Source: Welwitschia mirabilis
Taxonomy: Eukaryota
Length of the DNA: 64,000 nucleotides
NCBI GenBank assembly: GCA_051453625.1
Contig: JBOZIK010000001.1
Location: forward strand, 48,194,243 to 48,258,242
Reading direction: 5' to 3'
The translations under genes and the position numbers were made by a program. Each line of letters begins with the position of its first letter. Position 1 is the first letter of the stretch. Under the pieces are notes generated by a model. That model made no database searches, was not told the DNA's origin, and worked only from the letters and a program-made list of their open reading frames with translations. Positions 14,111-25,989 of the stretch are shown piece by piece.

Positions 14111-14442
14111 ATCTTCCCTTTTGAAATTGATGGTAAACAATTAAGTGATTTAAAAAATTTAAACAATTTAAGCTTATTTANNNNNNNNNNNNNNNNNNNN
14201 NNNNNNNNNNNNNNNNNNNNNNNNNNNNNNNNNNNNNNNNNNNNNNNNNNNNNNNNNNNNNNNNNNNNNNNNNNNNNNNNNNNNNNNNNNNNNNNNNNAC
14301 ATTTAAAAATCCAATATCTCAATATCTTAAGAAAAACTTTTGAAAGCACACTACCATCTTCTCTTCCCCTTTGACATCAATGGTAAATAAATATAAAATT
14401 TAGATATACGGCCAGAAATATCAATCATATTCTCTCCCCCTA
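14111..14442 (-). other. Multiple polypurine tracts upstream of the 3' LTR
   Basis: Plus-strand pyrimidine tracts: atcttcccttttgaaattgatggtaaa (14111), ctcttcccctttgacatcaatggtaaa (~14361), ttctctccccct (~14430). Repeated PPTs are a known Sirevirus signature. Confidence 0.8.
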
Positions 14443-15099
14443 TCTTGATACCAAATGATAAATAATGATAAGCCAAAAATTTGATACACATTTAGGTATT
14501 TTAAATAGACAACATTTTTTGTACTTTTAAATAAGACAAGTTTTGAATATGCACAAATTTAATAAATCACAATGATCCCAAATAATAATGTAAGATGTGA
14601 TCAGAAATACTTATAAATTTCAAAGACACACATATTTTGGTTCATTTTCATTTGAAATGATAATCTTAATTATTTTCAAAATAAGCACAGATAAATTTAT
14701 GCTATTAACTGAGATAAACTAATTGAATGTAAGAATTGTGTAAAATAAAACTAAATTATATTTTGAATCAAGCAAAGTTTCTCAAATGAAATGATGATTT
14801 TCAAATGCAAAATGTTCATACAAAGATAAGAAAAAATAATTTATTAAAAAAGTTAAGAATAAAAATCCACTATAAAAAACAAATGAATAAATCATATGAT
14901 AAAATTGATAGTTGTCTTTTGTTCTGTTGCTGCTGCTGCTACAGAACTTTTTAAGGAACCAAGCGACTAAGTATAAAACTAGTCGACCGACCTATCCTGG
15001 TCGACTGAATATGATGTTCAATCGATCACCCTACACCTAATGATAGGATGGAGAAAGAACCCCCAGTTTGTATTTGAGACAAATAAAAGTATCAAACTT

Positions 15100-18000
15100 C
15101 AGGGGTTTAGTAAAGATATTTGCTCATTGTTGATCTGTAGAAATAAAATTCATAGATATATGACCTTTTTCAACTTAATCACAAAGAAAATGGTGTCTAA
15201 GTTTAATATGATTCATTCTTGAATGCTGAACTAGATTTTTAGAAATATTAATAGCATTGGTATTATTACAAAAAATAGGAACTTATTCAAAAGACATCCC
15301 AAAATCTCTTAACATTTCTTTCATCCATAAGAGGTGAGTGCAACAACTTCATGCAATAATATATTCATCTTCTGCAGTGGAAAGAGAAATAGAATTTTGT
15401 TTCTTACTTGTCCACCCAACTAGACATGAACTTAGAAGGAAATAATTTCCACTTGTGCTTTTTCTATCATCTTTTCATCCTACCTAATCAGCATCATAAA
15501 TCCTGCAAGATCAAAAGATGTTTTATTTAGATACCATAAATCATAATCACATGTGCCTTTTATATACCTGATTATCCTTTTTACTACTTAAAAATGTGAT
15601 TCTTGTAGATTAGATTGATATCTTTTACAAACTTTAATACTAAACATGATATCTGGTCTACTTGCAATTTAGTACAATAAACTACTAATCATGCTTCTGT
15701 AAAGTATTTGATTTATTGATTTACCATTTTCATCTAGGCTNNNNNNNNNNNNNNNNNNNNNNNNNNNNNNNNNNNNNNNNNNNNNNNNNNNNNNNNNNNN
15801 NNNNNNNNNNNNNNNNNNNNNNNNNNNNNNNNNNNNNNNNNNNNNNNNNNNNNNNNNNNNNNNNNNNNNNNNNNNNNNNNNNNNNNNNNNNNNNNNNNNN
15901 NNNNNNNNNNNNNNNNNNNNNNNNNNNNNNNNNNNNNNNNNNNNNNNNNNNNNNNNNNNNNNNNNNNNNNNNNNNNNNNNNNNNNNNNNNNNNNNNNNNN
16001 NNNNNNNNNNNNNNNNNNNNNNNNNNNNNNNNNNNNNNNNNNNNNNNNNNNNNNNNNNNNNNNNNNNNNNNNNNNNNNNNNNNNNNNNNNNNNNNNNNNN
16101 NNNNNNNNNNNNNNNNNNNNNNNNNNNNNNNNNNNNNNNNNNNNNNNNNNNNNNNNNNNNNNNNNNNNNNNNNNNNNNNNNNNNNNNNNNNNNNNNNNNN
16201 NNNNNNNNNNNNNNNNNNNNNNNNNNNNNNNNNNNNNNNNNNNNNNNNNNNNNNNNNNNNNNNNNNNNNNNNNNNNNNNNNNNNNNNNNNNNNNNNNNNN
16301 NNNNNNNNNNNNNNNNNNNNNNNNNNNNNNNNNNNNNNNNNNNNNNNNNNNNNNNNNNNNNNNNNNNNNNNNNNNNNNNNNNNNNNNNNNNNNNNNNNNN
16401 NNNNNNNNNNNNNNNNNNNNNNNNNNNNNNNNNNNNNNNNNNNNNNNNNNNNNNNNNNNNNNNNNNNNNNNNNNNNNNNNNNNNNNNNNNNNNNNNNNNN
16501 NNNNNNNNNNNNNNNNNNNNNNNNNNNNNNNNNNNNNNNNNNNATTCTTTTGACAAATTTTCATTTGAGGCACCAAAAATAATATCATCCACATAAATTT
16601 GTATAATAATAAAATCATCTTTTAAATTCTTCACAAATAGAGTTTTATCTATTGTTCCATGACCATATCCATTCTTGTTCAAAAAGGTAGCTAATTTTTC
16701 ATACCATGCTCTTAGTGCTTGTTTTAATCCATAGAGTGCTTTCTTGAGTCTGTACAGATGATCAGATCTATATGGATCAATAAAACCTTGAGGTTGTTTA
16801 ACATAGACTTCTTCATTTAATGATCCATTCAGAAAAGCACTTTTTATATCCATTTGATACACCTTGAAGTTTTTAAAAGCTACAAAAGATAAAAACATTC
16901 TAATGCTATCTAATCTTGCAACAAGAGCAAAAGTATCTCCTACATCAATTCCTTCAATTTGGTTGAAACCTTAAGCTACAAGTCTTGCTTTGTTTTTAAT
17001 AACATTGTTTTCTTCATTACATTTGTTCTTAAAGATTCATTTTGTACCAATAATATTCTTATCTTCTGGTCTCTCGACTAGTTTCCAAACATTATTTCTC
17101 TTGAACTATTGTAGCTCATCTTGCATTGCTAACATCCATTCTTCATAATTTTCTCCTTCTTCAAAGTTCTTGGGTTCTATTTTTGAAATATAGTAGACAT
17201 GGGCATACAAATTTTTCATTGAATCTCCTATTTTTACTCTTGAGTTAACTTCTCTAATGACAAATTCTAATGGATGATCTTTTAGAAGTTTAGGCTTTTT
17301 TAGTATTCCTTCTTTTACTTGAGCTTCATTTGTTTTAGTAACACCTTCATTTAAAGTGGCAATAATTGGGGTTATAATTTCTTCTTCATCTGACTTGCTT
17401 ACTTTTAGATCAATCTCATCAATTTGCACATTTATTGACTCTTCTATAGTTAAGCTTCTTTTGTTGAACACATGGTAGGATATACTTCTTGTTGATTATT
17501 CTAAAAAGATGGCTTCATTAGCTTTTGATTCAAATTTACTTAAATATTCTCTATCTTTTAGAACATAAAAATTTACTTTCAAATACCTTAAAATATGACA
17601 CATTTGGTTGTCTTCAATTCCATAGCTCATAAGGTGTTTTATCAGTACCTAGTTTAAGATAAACTCTGTTAATAATATAACATGTTATGCTAATGACTTT
17701 AGCATAAAAAGATTTAAGTACTTATTTAACATTTATCATAGTTTGAGCCATTTCTGGGAGAACTCTATTCTTTCTTTTAGCTATACCATTCTATTGTGGT
17801 GTCTTTGGAGCTAAAAATTGGTGATCAATACCATTTTCAATGTAATACTTTTCAAAAAAAAATGGTTTTCAAATTTACCACTGTTATCACTTCTTATTTT
17901 ATTTATGGTGTAACCATTTTAATTTTGGATCTTATTGCAAATTCCAAAAAAATGCTTGTAAGCTTCAGATTTGTTGGACAAAAAGGTAATCTAAGTGTAT

Positions 18001-18960
18001 CTAAANNNNNNNNNNNNNNNNNNNNNNNNNNNNNNNNNNNNNNNNNNNNNNNNNNNNNNNNNNNNNNNNNNNNNNNNNNNNNNNNNNNNNNNNNNNNNNN
18101 NNNNNNNNNNNNNNNNNNNNNNNNNNNNNNNNNNNNNNNNNNNNNNNNNNNNNNNNNNNNNNNNNNNNNNNNNNNNNNNNNNNNNNNNNNNNNNNNNNNN
18201 NNNNNNNNNNNNNNNNNNNNNNNNNNNNNNNNNNNNNNNNNNNNNNNNNNNNNNNNNNNNNNNNNNNNNNNNNNNNNNNNNNNNNNNNNNNNNNNNNNNN
18301 NNNNNNNNNNNNNNNNNNNNNNNNNNNNNNNNNNNNNNNNNNNNNNNNNNNNNNNNNNNNNNNNNNNNNNNNNNNNNNNNNNNNNNNNNNNNNNNNNNNN
18401 NNNNNNNNNNNNNNNNNNNNNNNNNNNNNNNNNNNNNNNNNNNNNNNNNNNNNNNNNNNNNNNNNNNNNNNNNNNNNNNNNNNNNNNNNNATTAATTCTA
18501 GGAAGGTTACCTTCACCAATGCTTTCAATCCTTCTATTTTTTCTCTTCTTTATCTCTGAAGATTACTTCTCCTCCATTAAAGTGGCTTAGATGTTTAAAT
18601 CTAGATTTATCTCCTATCATGTGCCTTGAACATCCACTATCAAGATACCAGCTTATGCTATTTGAAATTTTGAAAGCTGTCTGAATCAACAAAATTTTAA
18701 GATCATTAGCTTTCACCCACATAGTTTTTTAGACTTAAGTGGTATATTCTTCTTAGGAATAAATCTAAATGGAAAAAGACTAATAGAATTTGCAAACAAC
18801 ATTAACTTTCTAGCATTACACATAAGCTTTGAATGACCTGTTTTTTCATAGAAATGACATGTAAGTTTTAAAAGAACATTACCATAATTAGTTACATTAG
18901 TTTGTTGAGCTTGAGGTTTCTATGAGATAAATCCAATATCTGATTTGTTTCCAAGTAGTT
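15100..18960 (-). pseudogene. Copia pol relic (zinc knuckle, protease, integrase, RT, RNase H)
   Basis: Knuckle TCHFYEKTGHSKLMC ~18850; protease WYLDSGCSRHMIGD (ORF 18534-18722); IEPKNFEE...[23 protein letters not shown]...LYGLKQA...YVDDIIFG (ORF 15669-16898); RNase H KQNSISLSTAEDEY ~15380. Stops, frameshifts and two large N gaps. Confidence 0.95.
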
Positions 18961-19419
18961 TATGAAATCCAAGCATTTGCTTTAATTTGGTAGATCAACC
19001 TAAAAACTTGTTAATAAAATATGATAAATCTTTTACCTGCAAAGTAAGATTGGTGTTTTCAGATTTTACTCTTTTAAAACTTGATTTCAAATCNNNNNNN
19101 NNNCTTAGCAAGTGTCTTCTAAATCATCTTCATCTTGGACTAAGGATTTTAACACATTATATAATGGTGGCATAAAAGCCATAAAGAAAATCTCCTTTCT
19201 CTATTGAGTTTTGGAGCATTTCTTTTATCTCTTTCACTTGATCCTTGTGAGTCTTTTCTTTCTACAATTTATTTAAACATATAATCACATACTATCCAAA
19301 GAAAATAAATATAGACATAGGTATATAGGGAGGACATGCTAAAAAATTCATCAAAGAGAGTATCCATTGAAGCGTTCTAAGTATAGATCGGTTAAGACCT
19401 AATAAAATGACTTAGCCTC

Positions 19420-19431
19420 GCTTTGATACCA
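19420..19431 (-). other. Primer-binding site (tRNA-iMet)
   Basis: Minus strand TGGTATCAAAGC, 2 nt from the 5' LTR end. Confidence 0.88.
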
Positions 19432-19433
19432 AA

Positions 19434-20630
19434 TGATAGGATCGAGAACCCTGGGGAGGGAGGGGTGAATAGGTTCTTTCAAAAACTTATGCTTAAAACA
19501 AAATTAAAACTATCTAATAACTATTTGCATATGAAAATAATGTAATCAAAAATGTGCATAAAAAATGAAAAACTTGATAGTAAAGAAATCAAAAGACAGA
19601 AAAACATAAACTACCAATTTTGATGTACACAGGATTTATAGTGGTTCCGGAACTCCCCTACTCCACTCTCGACGATCAGCTTCTTCCAAGCTAGATCTTG
19701 GATCTCTGTTACTTCACAGGTTTTGCCAGGTTCACCCGTAATCCTTACAAGTGGACTTTTACAGGATAAGTCTCAACCTTAACAATGTACTTTTGCAGGA
19801 TAAGTCTCAACCTCTGAAAGTAATGAATGTGATGTGATGATACCTTGAATGCTTAGATATCACATGTTTGATAGCAGTATAATGAATGGAGTTCTTCTCT
19901 AATAGATCACAGTGATGCTGTTCTTAGATTTGATTCTGAGTAAAGCTCTTTTGCCAAAGATAGATCTCCTCAATCAGATATGTAGCAATACAATGATGTG
20001 TTAATGAAAAATGCAGTCTGATATTTTAGATCCATAATAGCTATGCCAATTTTTAATGATACCAAAATATCTCTAGATCATCAATAGCATAGCTATTTAT
20101 AATGGAGGATTACTGGGATTTATTATAAATGAATTGTGCCTTTAACAACTATAAATAGCTAGAAAACGGATAGGTAATAGCTAGGTAATTGATACATAAT
20201 GCTTACAAATTTTGCTTTTCTGTGCCGTCTGGTCGACCCCTTAAGAACTCGGTCGACTCCATCCTGGGTTCGGTCGACCTCTTACATCTCAGTCTGGAAC
20301 TATGGACTGTCAGCTTCTAGACCTAGTCAACCCCTTTTCATTTGGTGTAGGGATACTAGCTCTTAAGATCACAAGTCAGTCGACCCCTTCAGAATTCGGT
20401 CAACCCCTCTGGGTTCAGTTCATTTTTCTTGTGACTACTTCAGGTGCGGTCGACCCCTTTAGGATCTGGTTGACCCTCACTAGAGGTTAATATAATTCAG
20501 TAGTTTTTCTAGTGCATTTTGGTCCAATTCATTCACCTACAAAACTCAATCTCATCTGCACACAATATGTAACATTTTTCACTACACAAGAGAAATTATT
20601 TTGACATCAATTGGTAAATATAATCTAATA
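19434..20630 (-). repeat. 5' LTR of the Sirevirus (~1.2 kb)
   Basis: Plus strand runs tgataggatcgagaaccc...taatctaata (terminal CA decayed to TA); adjacent to the PBS. Confidence 0.92.
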
Positions 20631-22329
20631 CATTCCTCTTGTAAGTCTAATTCGGTTTTATCAAATGAATTTAGATTAAACTTATTGACTCTAATCTTGG
20701 AATGTTTGGATCAAACTATAGAAAATCAAAATATGTTCAAGGATGCCTTTTTCATAGAAAACCCTAGTAATAATTATTTACTTTATCCATACTTTTATCC
20801 ATTTTCACTCATCTAGACCACCTCCATATACTACTTCATCATGTACATTTCATTCATCCCTTCCATTACCTTATGAGTTCATTAGACTCAATGATCCTAA
20901 TTAATGGTCTTTTCTTTAATTTATAAATAAATATATCTTTTATCTTTTCAAAGCTTATTTGATATTTTATAGATTTTTACTTGTTAACTAGCTACTCCTT
21001 TGAATTTTTGAGTTCTTTGTTAAGACATGTATGCATTTAGAGATATTTAAGTTAGCATTGAGAAAAAAGGTAATTTTTCTTTTTTCATGGTATTTTTTTG
21101 TTTTAAAGTATTCATGGGAATGAGATCATTTCTCTATTAGGCTAATGAGTCAATGACTCCTTTTATTTGTTATAAATATAAAAGAAAAAAGTAAATAAGA
21201 TTAAAACATATCAAGAAAAATCTTGAATCTCTTTTAGCACATCTTGTTTATGATCATTTCTATTAGTTTTAGTTAACTGCATTAGTGATATAAATGTCTG
21301 TTAAAACATGTAATACATTCATCTACATTAGAGCTATAGACACTTGCTAGTAATGCAACATTAAATCTTTCTTGTACAACATGTTAAATCTTTTGGAATA
21401 AAGTGTCACAACACTAAATGCTTAATATGATCAAATACGTGANNNNNNNNNNNNNNNNNNNNNNNAAGGAAAAAAAATGAAATTAATGTGGAATTGGAGA
21501 GATCTTTTGTTTGCTTATTTTAACAAATTAAACTTGAGATTATTTGGCTACTTATGGATTTACAAGGATTTACTATTTAATACTTTTCATTGTCTTAATA
21601 GAGGATCCACTAAAAATTATGTAAATAAACAAGACCATTAGCTTGCATTCATCATGTTTCATTTATTCATAGAATGCATAGTAGGGTTTTTCAATTTATC
21701 CATTTCATCTCATTTTCATAACACTCATTTTCCATTATCTATACTAAGTCATAGTCCTTTGTTTTTCCTTCTATTAAAAAAACACACTATGAAGCACATT
21801 ATATATTCTATGAGTTGATCCATATATCCATGTCTATATTCAAAGTAAACTTGATCTGCATCATTGATAAACTCTAATCATCCAAGAGTTTAAATTTTGA
21901 TCACTTTCTATAAAAACCCATAATTTTTGAGCTATCCACACCAGCACTTACATTGTGTATGATCTTCATGCTACTGCAACCCTCCTCATCTTTACCTGAC
22001 TTGTGTCTCTACATTCTATAAATAGTTCCATCTACCCTCACTAGTGTTGTTATCTATCTTGCTCTAGGCATTTTTAACTTTCTCTTGTAGCTGTTTCAGC
22101 ATCCTTTAGTTCCTCAGTTCATTGTAAGTCTATTATCAAATGTGAAATTCTTCTATGTTCTTTTCAATTAATTTTTCACTTTTCTAACTTCCTCTGTCAT
22201 CTTTTTTTTATTTTTATTTCTTTTTTCCTTTCATTTTATCATTTCAGGCGATCATGAGTGGAAGAGCAGGGTACTTTTAGGACATAGAAATTTTCAAATC
22301 TTTCCTTACTTTGTTTACATATTTCTATC

Positions 22330-23150
22330 TTAATAGAATACAAGCAAAGAATTGGAATTATTCGTTAAAGAAATATTATACTGACTACTTTTCAAAGACT
22401 ATTTTGGAGTTCTACTAGAATGTAACAATAGATAAAGATGGTTTTTAGTAATTCATTCTTCTATTCATTACACTTTCTTTGTTATTTCTCGTAATAATTT
22501 AAAAGCCCTAATAGGAGTCGAACACCCTGATAGTATATCTTATAAACTTACTAAATCTTTTAGGTATTGTTGTACTACAATTAATGTTGAATATGCACCA
22601 ACTAGGGAAGGAGCTTTACCTTGTAAACATCTTTACAATAATGAAATATTACTTCTTAGATTTATCATTTAAACTTTTTTACCACATCTCATGTAACTGA
22701 TTCTTATAGTAGTTACCTTGATATAATTTGGATAGTCCAAGATAGTAATCCCTTTGACATAGCCAAATGTCTATTTACTATTATAGTAAATAATATGAAT
22801 TGTAAGAGTAATCTTTCCTTTTCTTGCTTAGTTTTATACTTAATTTATAATGCCTTAGCTCACAGCGTAGACTTCGAAGAATGGGATAGTACTTTCATTA
22901 ATACAATAATCCTAAAAAACTTATCAAATTTAGTAAGTATAACAATCAAGATTATATTCCAAGGGGTCTCCAAGAGATTTAAGTAGAAGAAGAACATCCT
23001 CAAAAGACTGCTCCTCCTTCTTAATCTCCTTCTTCTTCCTAATCTTTATTCATAACTAAAAGAAAGGGGAAATATCTTATTGGTGAATCATCTCATGCCT
23101 CTTCTTCTCCACCTTCTTCCACTTCTCCTTACATTACTCACTGTCATTTC
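22330..23150 (+). pseudogene. Athila env-like/extra ORF relic (putative plant transposon protein type)
   Basis: Fragments KTILEFY*NVTI, TSHVTDS, NPFDIAKCLF and NLSFSCLVLYL resemble the EFYAN, SH and LPFP.LI motifs recalled for this family. A Ser-rich tail follows, and the position is just before the LTR. Confidence 0.6.
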
Positions 23151-24561
23151 CTTGCTACTTCAAGTGATATCTTCTTGAAGGAAGTCCCTAAATCTTAAAG
23201 GTTTGGGATTGGAAAGCTATGGAGGAAAATTAAAAAGACAATCAAAACATAAAAGGATATATCAAATAACCTATAAAATCCATGAGCTAAATCGCCTTCT
23301 CTCTTTCTCTCTTTTATCCTTCTCCATCTACACTTTTTAGTTTTTATAGCTGCACTGTAATTACATTTTCTCTTGGTGTAATGACTTTTTCACTTAATAA
23401 AAAATCAATATGAATTCCTATTTCTATCAATTATGTTTTTATTCTAAACTGATAATTAACTGCAAATGTTTTAATTTAGTTTTAAGGCTCTGAAACGTAA
23501 ACTCAAAACATAACTCTTAATAGATCTGATACTACTAGCTTTCCTAATTAGCATTACCATCTTATCCTGTACAAATCAAATCCCAATTAACTAAGATGTT
23601 CTACACTTCATTTCTAGTTTTTTCAGCACTTAGGTCTCTATTAAAAATTTACATAAACTAACAGATATAGTCTTATCACCCACTTTGTTATTTCCAAAAC
23701 ATCACATCTTATCCTTCATAAATCATCTTTTTTAATCATTTTTTGATCATTTGTGTAGCATACATTTTAGATTCAGAGATTTAAGTCTACAATCAGAGAG
23801 TCATTTTGATTTTTAGTCTTTCATTTTGCATTATNNNNNNNNNNNNNNNNNNNNNNNNNNNNNNNNNNNNNNNNNNNNNNNNNNNNNNNNNNNNNNNNNN
23901 NNNNNNNNNNNNNNNNNNNNNNNNNNNNNNNNNNNNNNNNNNNNNNNNNNNNNNNNNNNNNNNNNNNNNNNNNNNNNNNNNNNNNNNNNNNNNNNNNNNN
24001 NNNNNNNNNNNNNNNNNNNNNNNNNNNNNNNNNNNNNNNNNNNNNNNNNNNNNNNNNNNNNNNNNNNNNNNNNNNNNNNNNNNNNNNNNNNNNNNNNNNN
24101 NNNNNNNNNNNNNNNNNNNNNNNNNNNNNNNNNNNNNNNNNNNNNNNNNNNNNNNNNNNNNNNNNNNNNNNNNNNNNNNNNNNNNNNNNNNNNNNNNNNN
24201 NNNNNNNNNNNNNNNNNNNNNNNNNNNNNNNNNNNNNNNNNNNNNNNNNNNNNNNNNNNNNNNNNNNNNNNNNNNNNNNNNNNNNNNNNNNNNNNNNNNN
24301 NNNNNNNNNNNNNNNNNNNNNNNNNNNNNNNNNNNNNNNNNNNNNNNNNNNNNNNNNNNNNNNNNNNNNNNNNNNNNNNNNNNNNNNNNNNNNNNNNNNN
24401 NNNNNNNNNNNNNNNNNNNNNNNNNNNNNNNNNNNNNNNNNNNNNNNNNNNNNNNNNNNNNNNNNNNNNNNNNNNNNNNNNNNNNNNNNNNNNNNNNNNN
24501 NNNNNNNNNNNNNNNNNNNNNNNNNNNNNNNNNNNNNNNNNNNNNNNNNNNNNNNNNNNNN

Positions 24562-25880
24562 ACCTATCTTTTCATGTTTTATTCTTTTACTTTAGTATAA
24601 TTTTAGAGTATGTTTGCTAAATTTTTTTCAAAATCTCTTTATCTTTTTATACTTGATTTATTTGATTTATACTTTTTATTATATTACCTAATATTTTGAC
24701 ATAACCTTCAATTTTTTTTTTTTAATGGTTAAGGAACTAGTAAAAGGGTGGTTGGGTGGTATGATAACATACAAAATTTGACACTTACCTTAATGAATTA
24801 AGGCCTTGTTAGCTTGCTTAATTGATGATCATGGTGATTTTATGTATTTATTATGCCTAAGGCCATGAAAATCTAATTTTACTAATAATATTCCTTAATA
24901 CTATCATTTTGTAGGATATTTACATCATTTGGAGCATTATTGCAAAAGATGAAGGTGTACTGATCATAAATGACAGAGGCACTAGTTCTAGGAGTGGTAG
25001 TATCAGTTACTATGACTAGAATGGTACCATACTTATGTTCTTAAGTTCTCTTAATGTGAAAAATCCATTTAAATCATTTCCCCAAGCAGAAAATGAACAA
25101 GGAATATTATCTAAGAAGAACCCCTCAATGTGATCCCATGACTAAAGGATAACCTCGTACAATGCAAGCATTCTAAAGAATAACTCCATTAGAACCTTAA
25201 AATCCTAATTATCAATTCTAATTCTAGCCTATAAATACCCTATATCACTTCACTTAAAGGACATCATATTAATTTCGTATTGTACAAGAGATTAGAGCTT
25301 TAGTCATCAGTTCTTTTTAAGCCTTCCATAGGGATGGGCTAGTTATTAAGCTAGCATGATGCTTCTTGGTTTAGCATGAGTACATTCACAGATCGTATGC
25401 TTTTACTTTTATAATAATAAAGTGTTTTATATCTTTGATGCATTACTTTGATATCATGTTTTAATGCATCTCATACTTTTTATGCTTAAGATTGGCTAAG
25501 GCATGATTTTACTTTAAGATGTTTTTAATGATTCTCCTTTTTATTTTAGCTTGCATAATATAAATGTTTCTTTAGTGGATCCTAGGAAAAACCTACTTTA
25601 GTACTTATCTTCTTCAATGAAGTTATTATGCTACTTTAAATGCTATGTTCCATTCCTAAATCTCTTATCTAGTTTCACTCACTTATAATCATTATTATTG
25701 TGCTTGTTTTACTGATAGCTTTCATAATCTATCTTTGTAAAAGAATGATACTAGGACTATACTATAAATAGAAGTCCTAGTATTATTGGCAAATGTGGGG
25801 TTTGTTCATGCAAGATTTGTATCCCTAGGGTGATCTTTATATTTATCATACATTAACAATAGATACAAACATTGCTTGAT
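24562..25880 (+). repeat. Athila-type LTR, probable 3' LTR of the host element; ends uncertain
   Basis: 25110-25875 is homologous to the plus-oriented part of the 2.3-kb repeat (aagaagaacccctcaat, ctataaata ~25229, gctagttattaagctagcatgatgc, ttaacaatagatacaa). The left end abuts an N gap. Confidence 0.65.
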
Positions 25881-25989
25881 TTCGCCACAAGCACCAAGAT
25901 AGGGGTGTTATCCCTCTGAACATGATACCTCCTGATGTTAACAATGAAGTATTAGTTTCTCTAAAGAAATTAGAATAAAAATATTCCTT

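Larger units (their letters stand above)
12660..20630 (-). mobile_element. Sirevirus (SIRE/Maximus) Copia element with both LTRs, internally deleted and decayed
   Basis: Two homologous LTRs (12660-14110 and 19434-20630), flanks catcc/cattc (TSD, 4/5 match), iMet PBS, several polypurine tracts (PPTs), and Copia domain order PR-INT-RT-RH. Confidence 0.93.
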
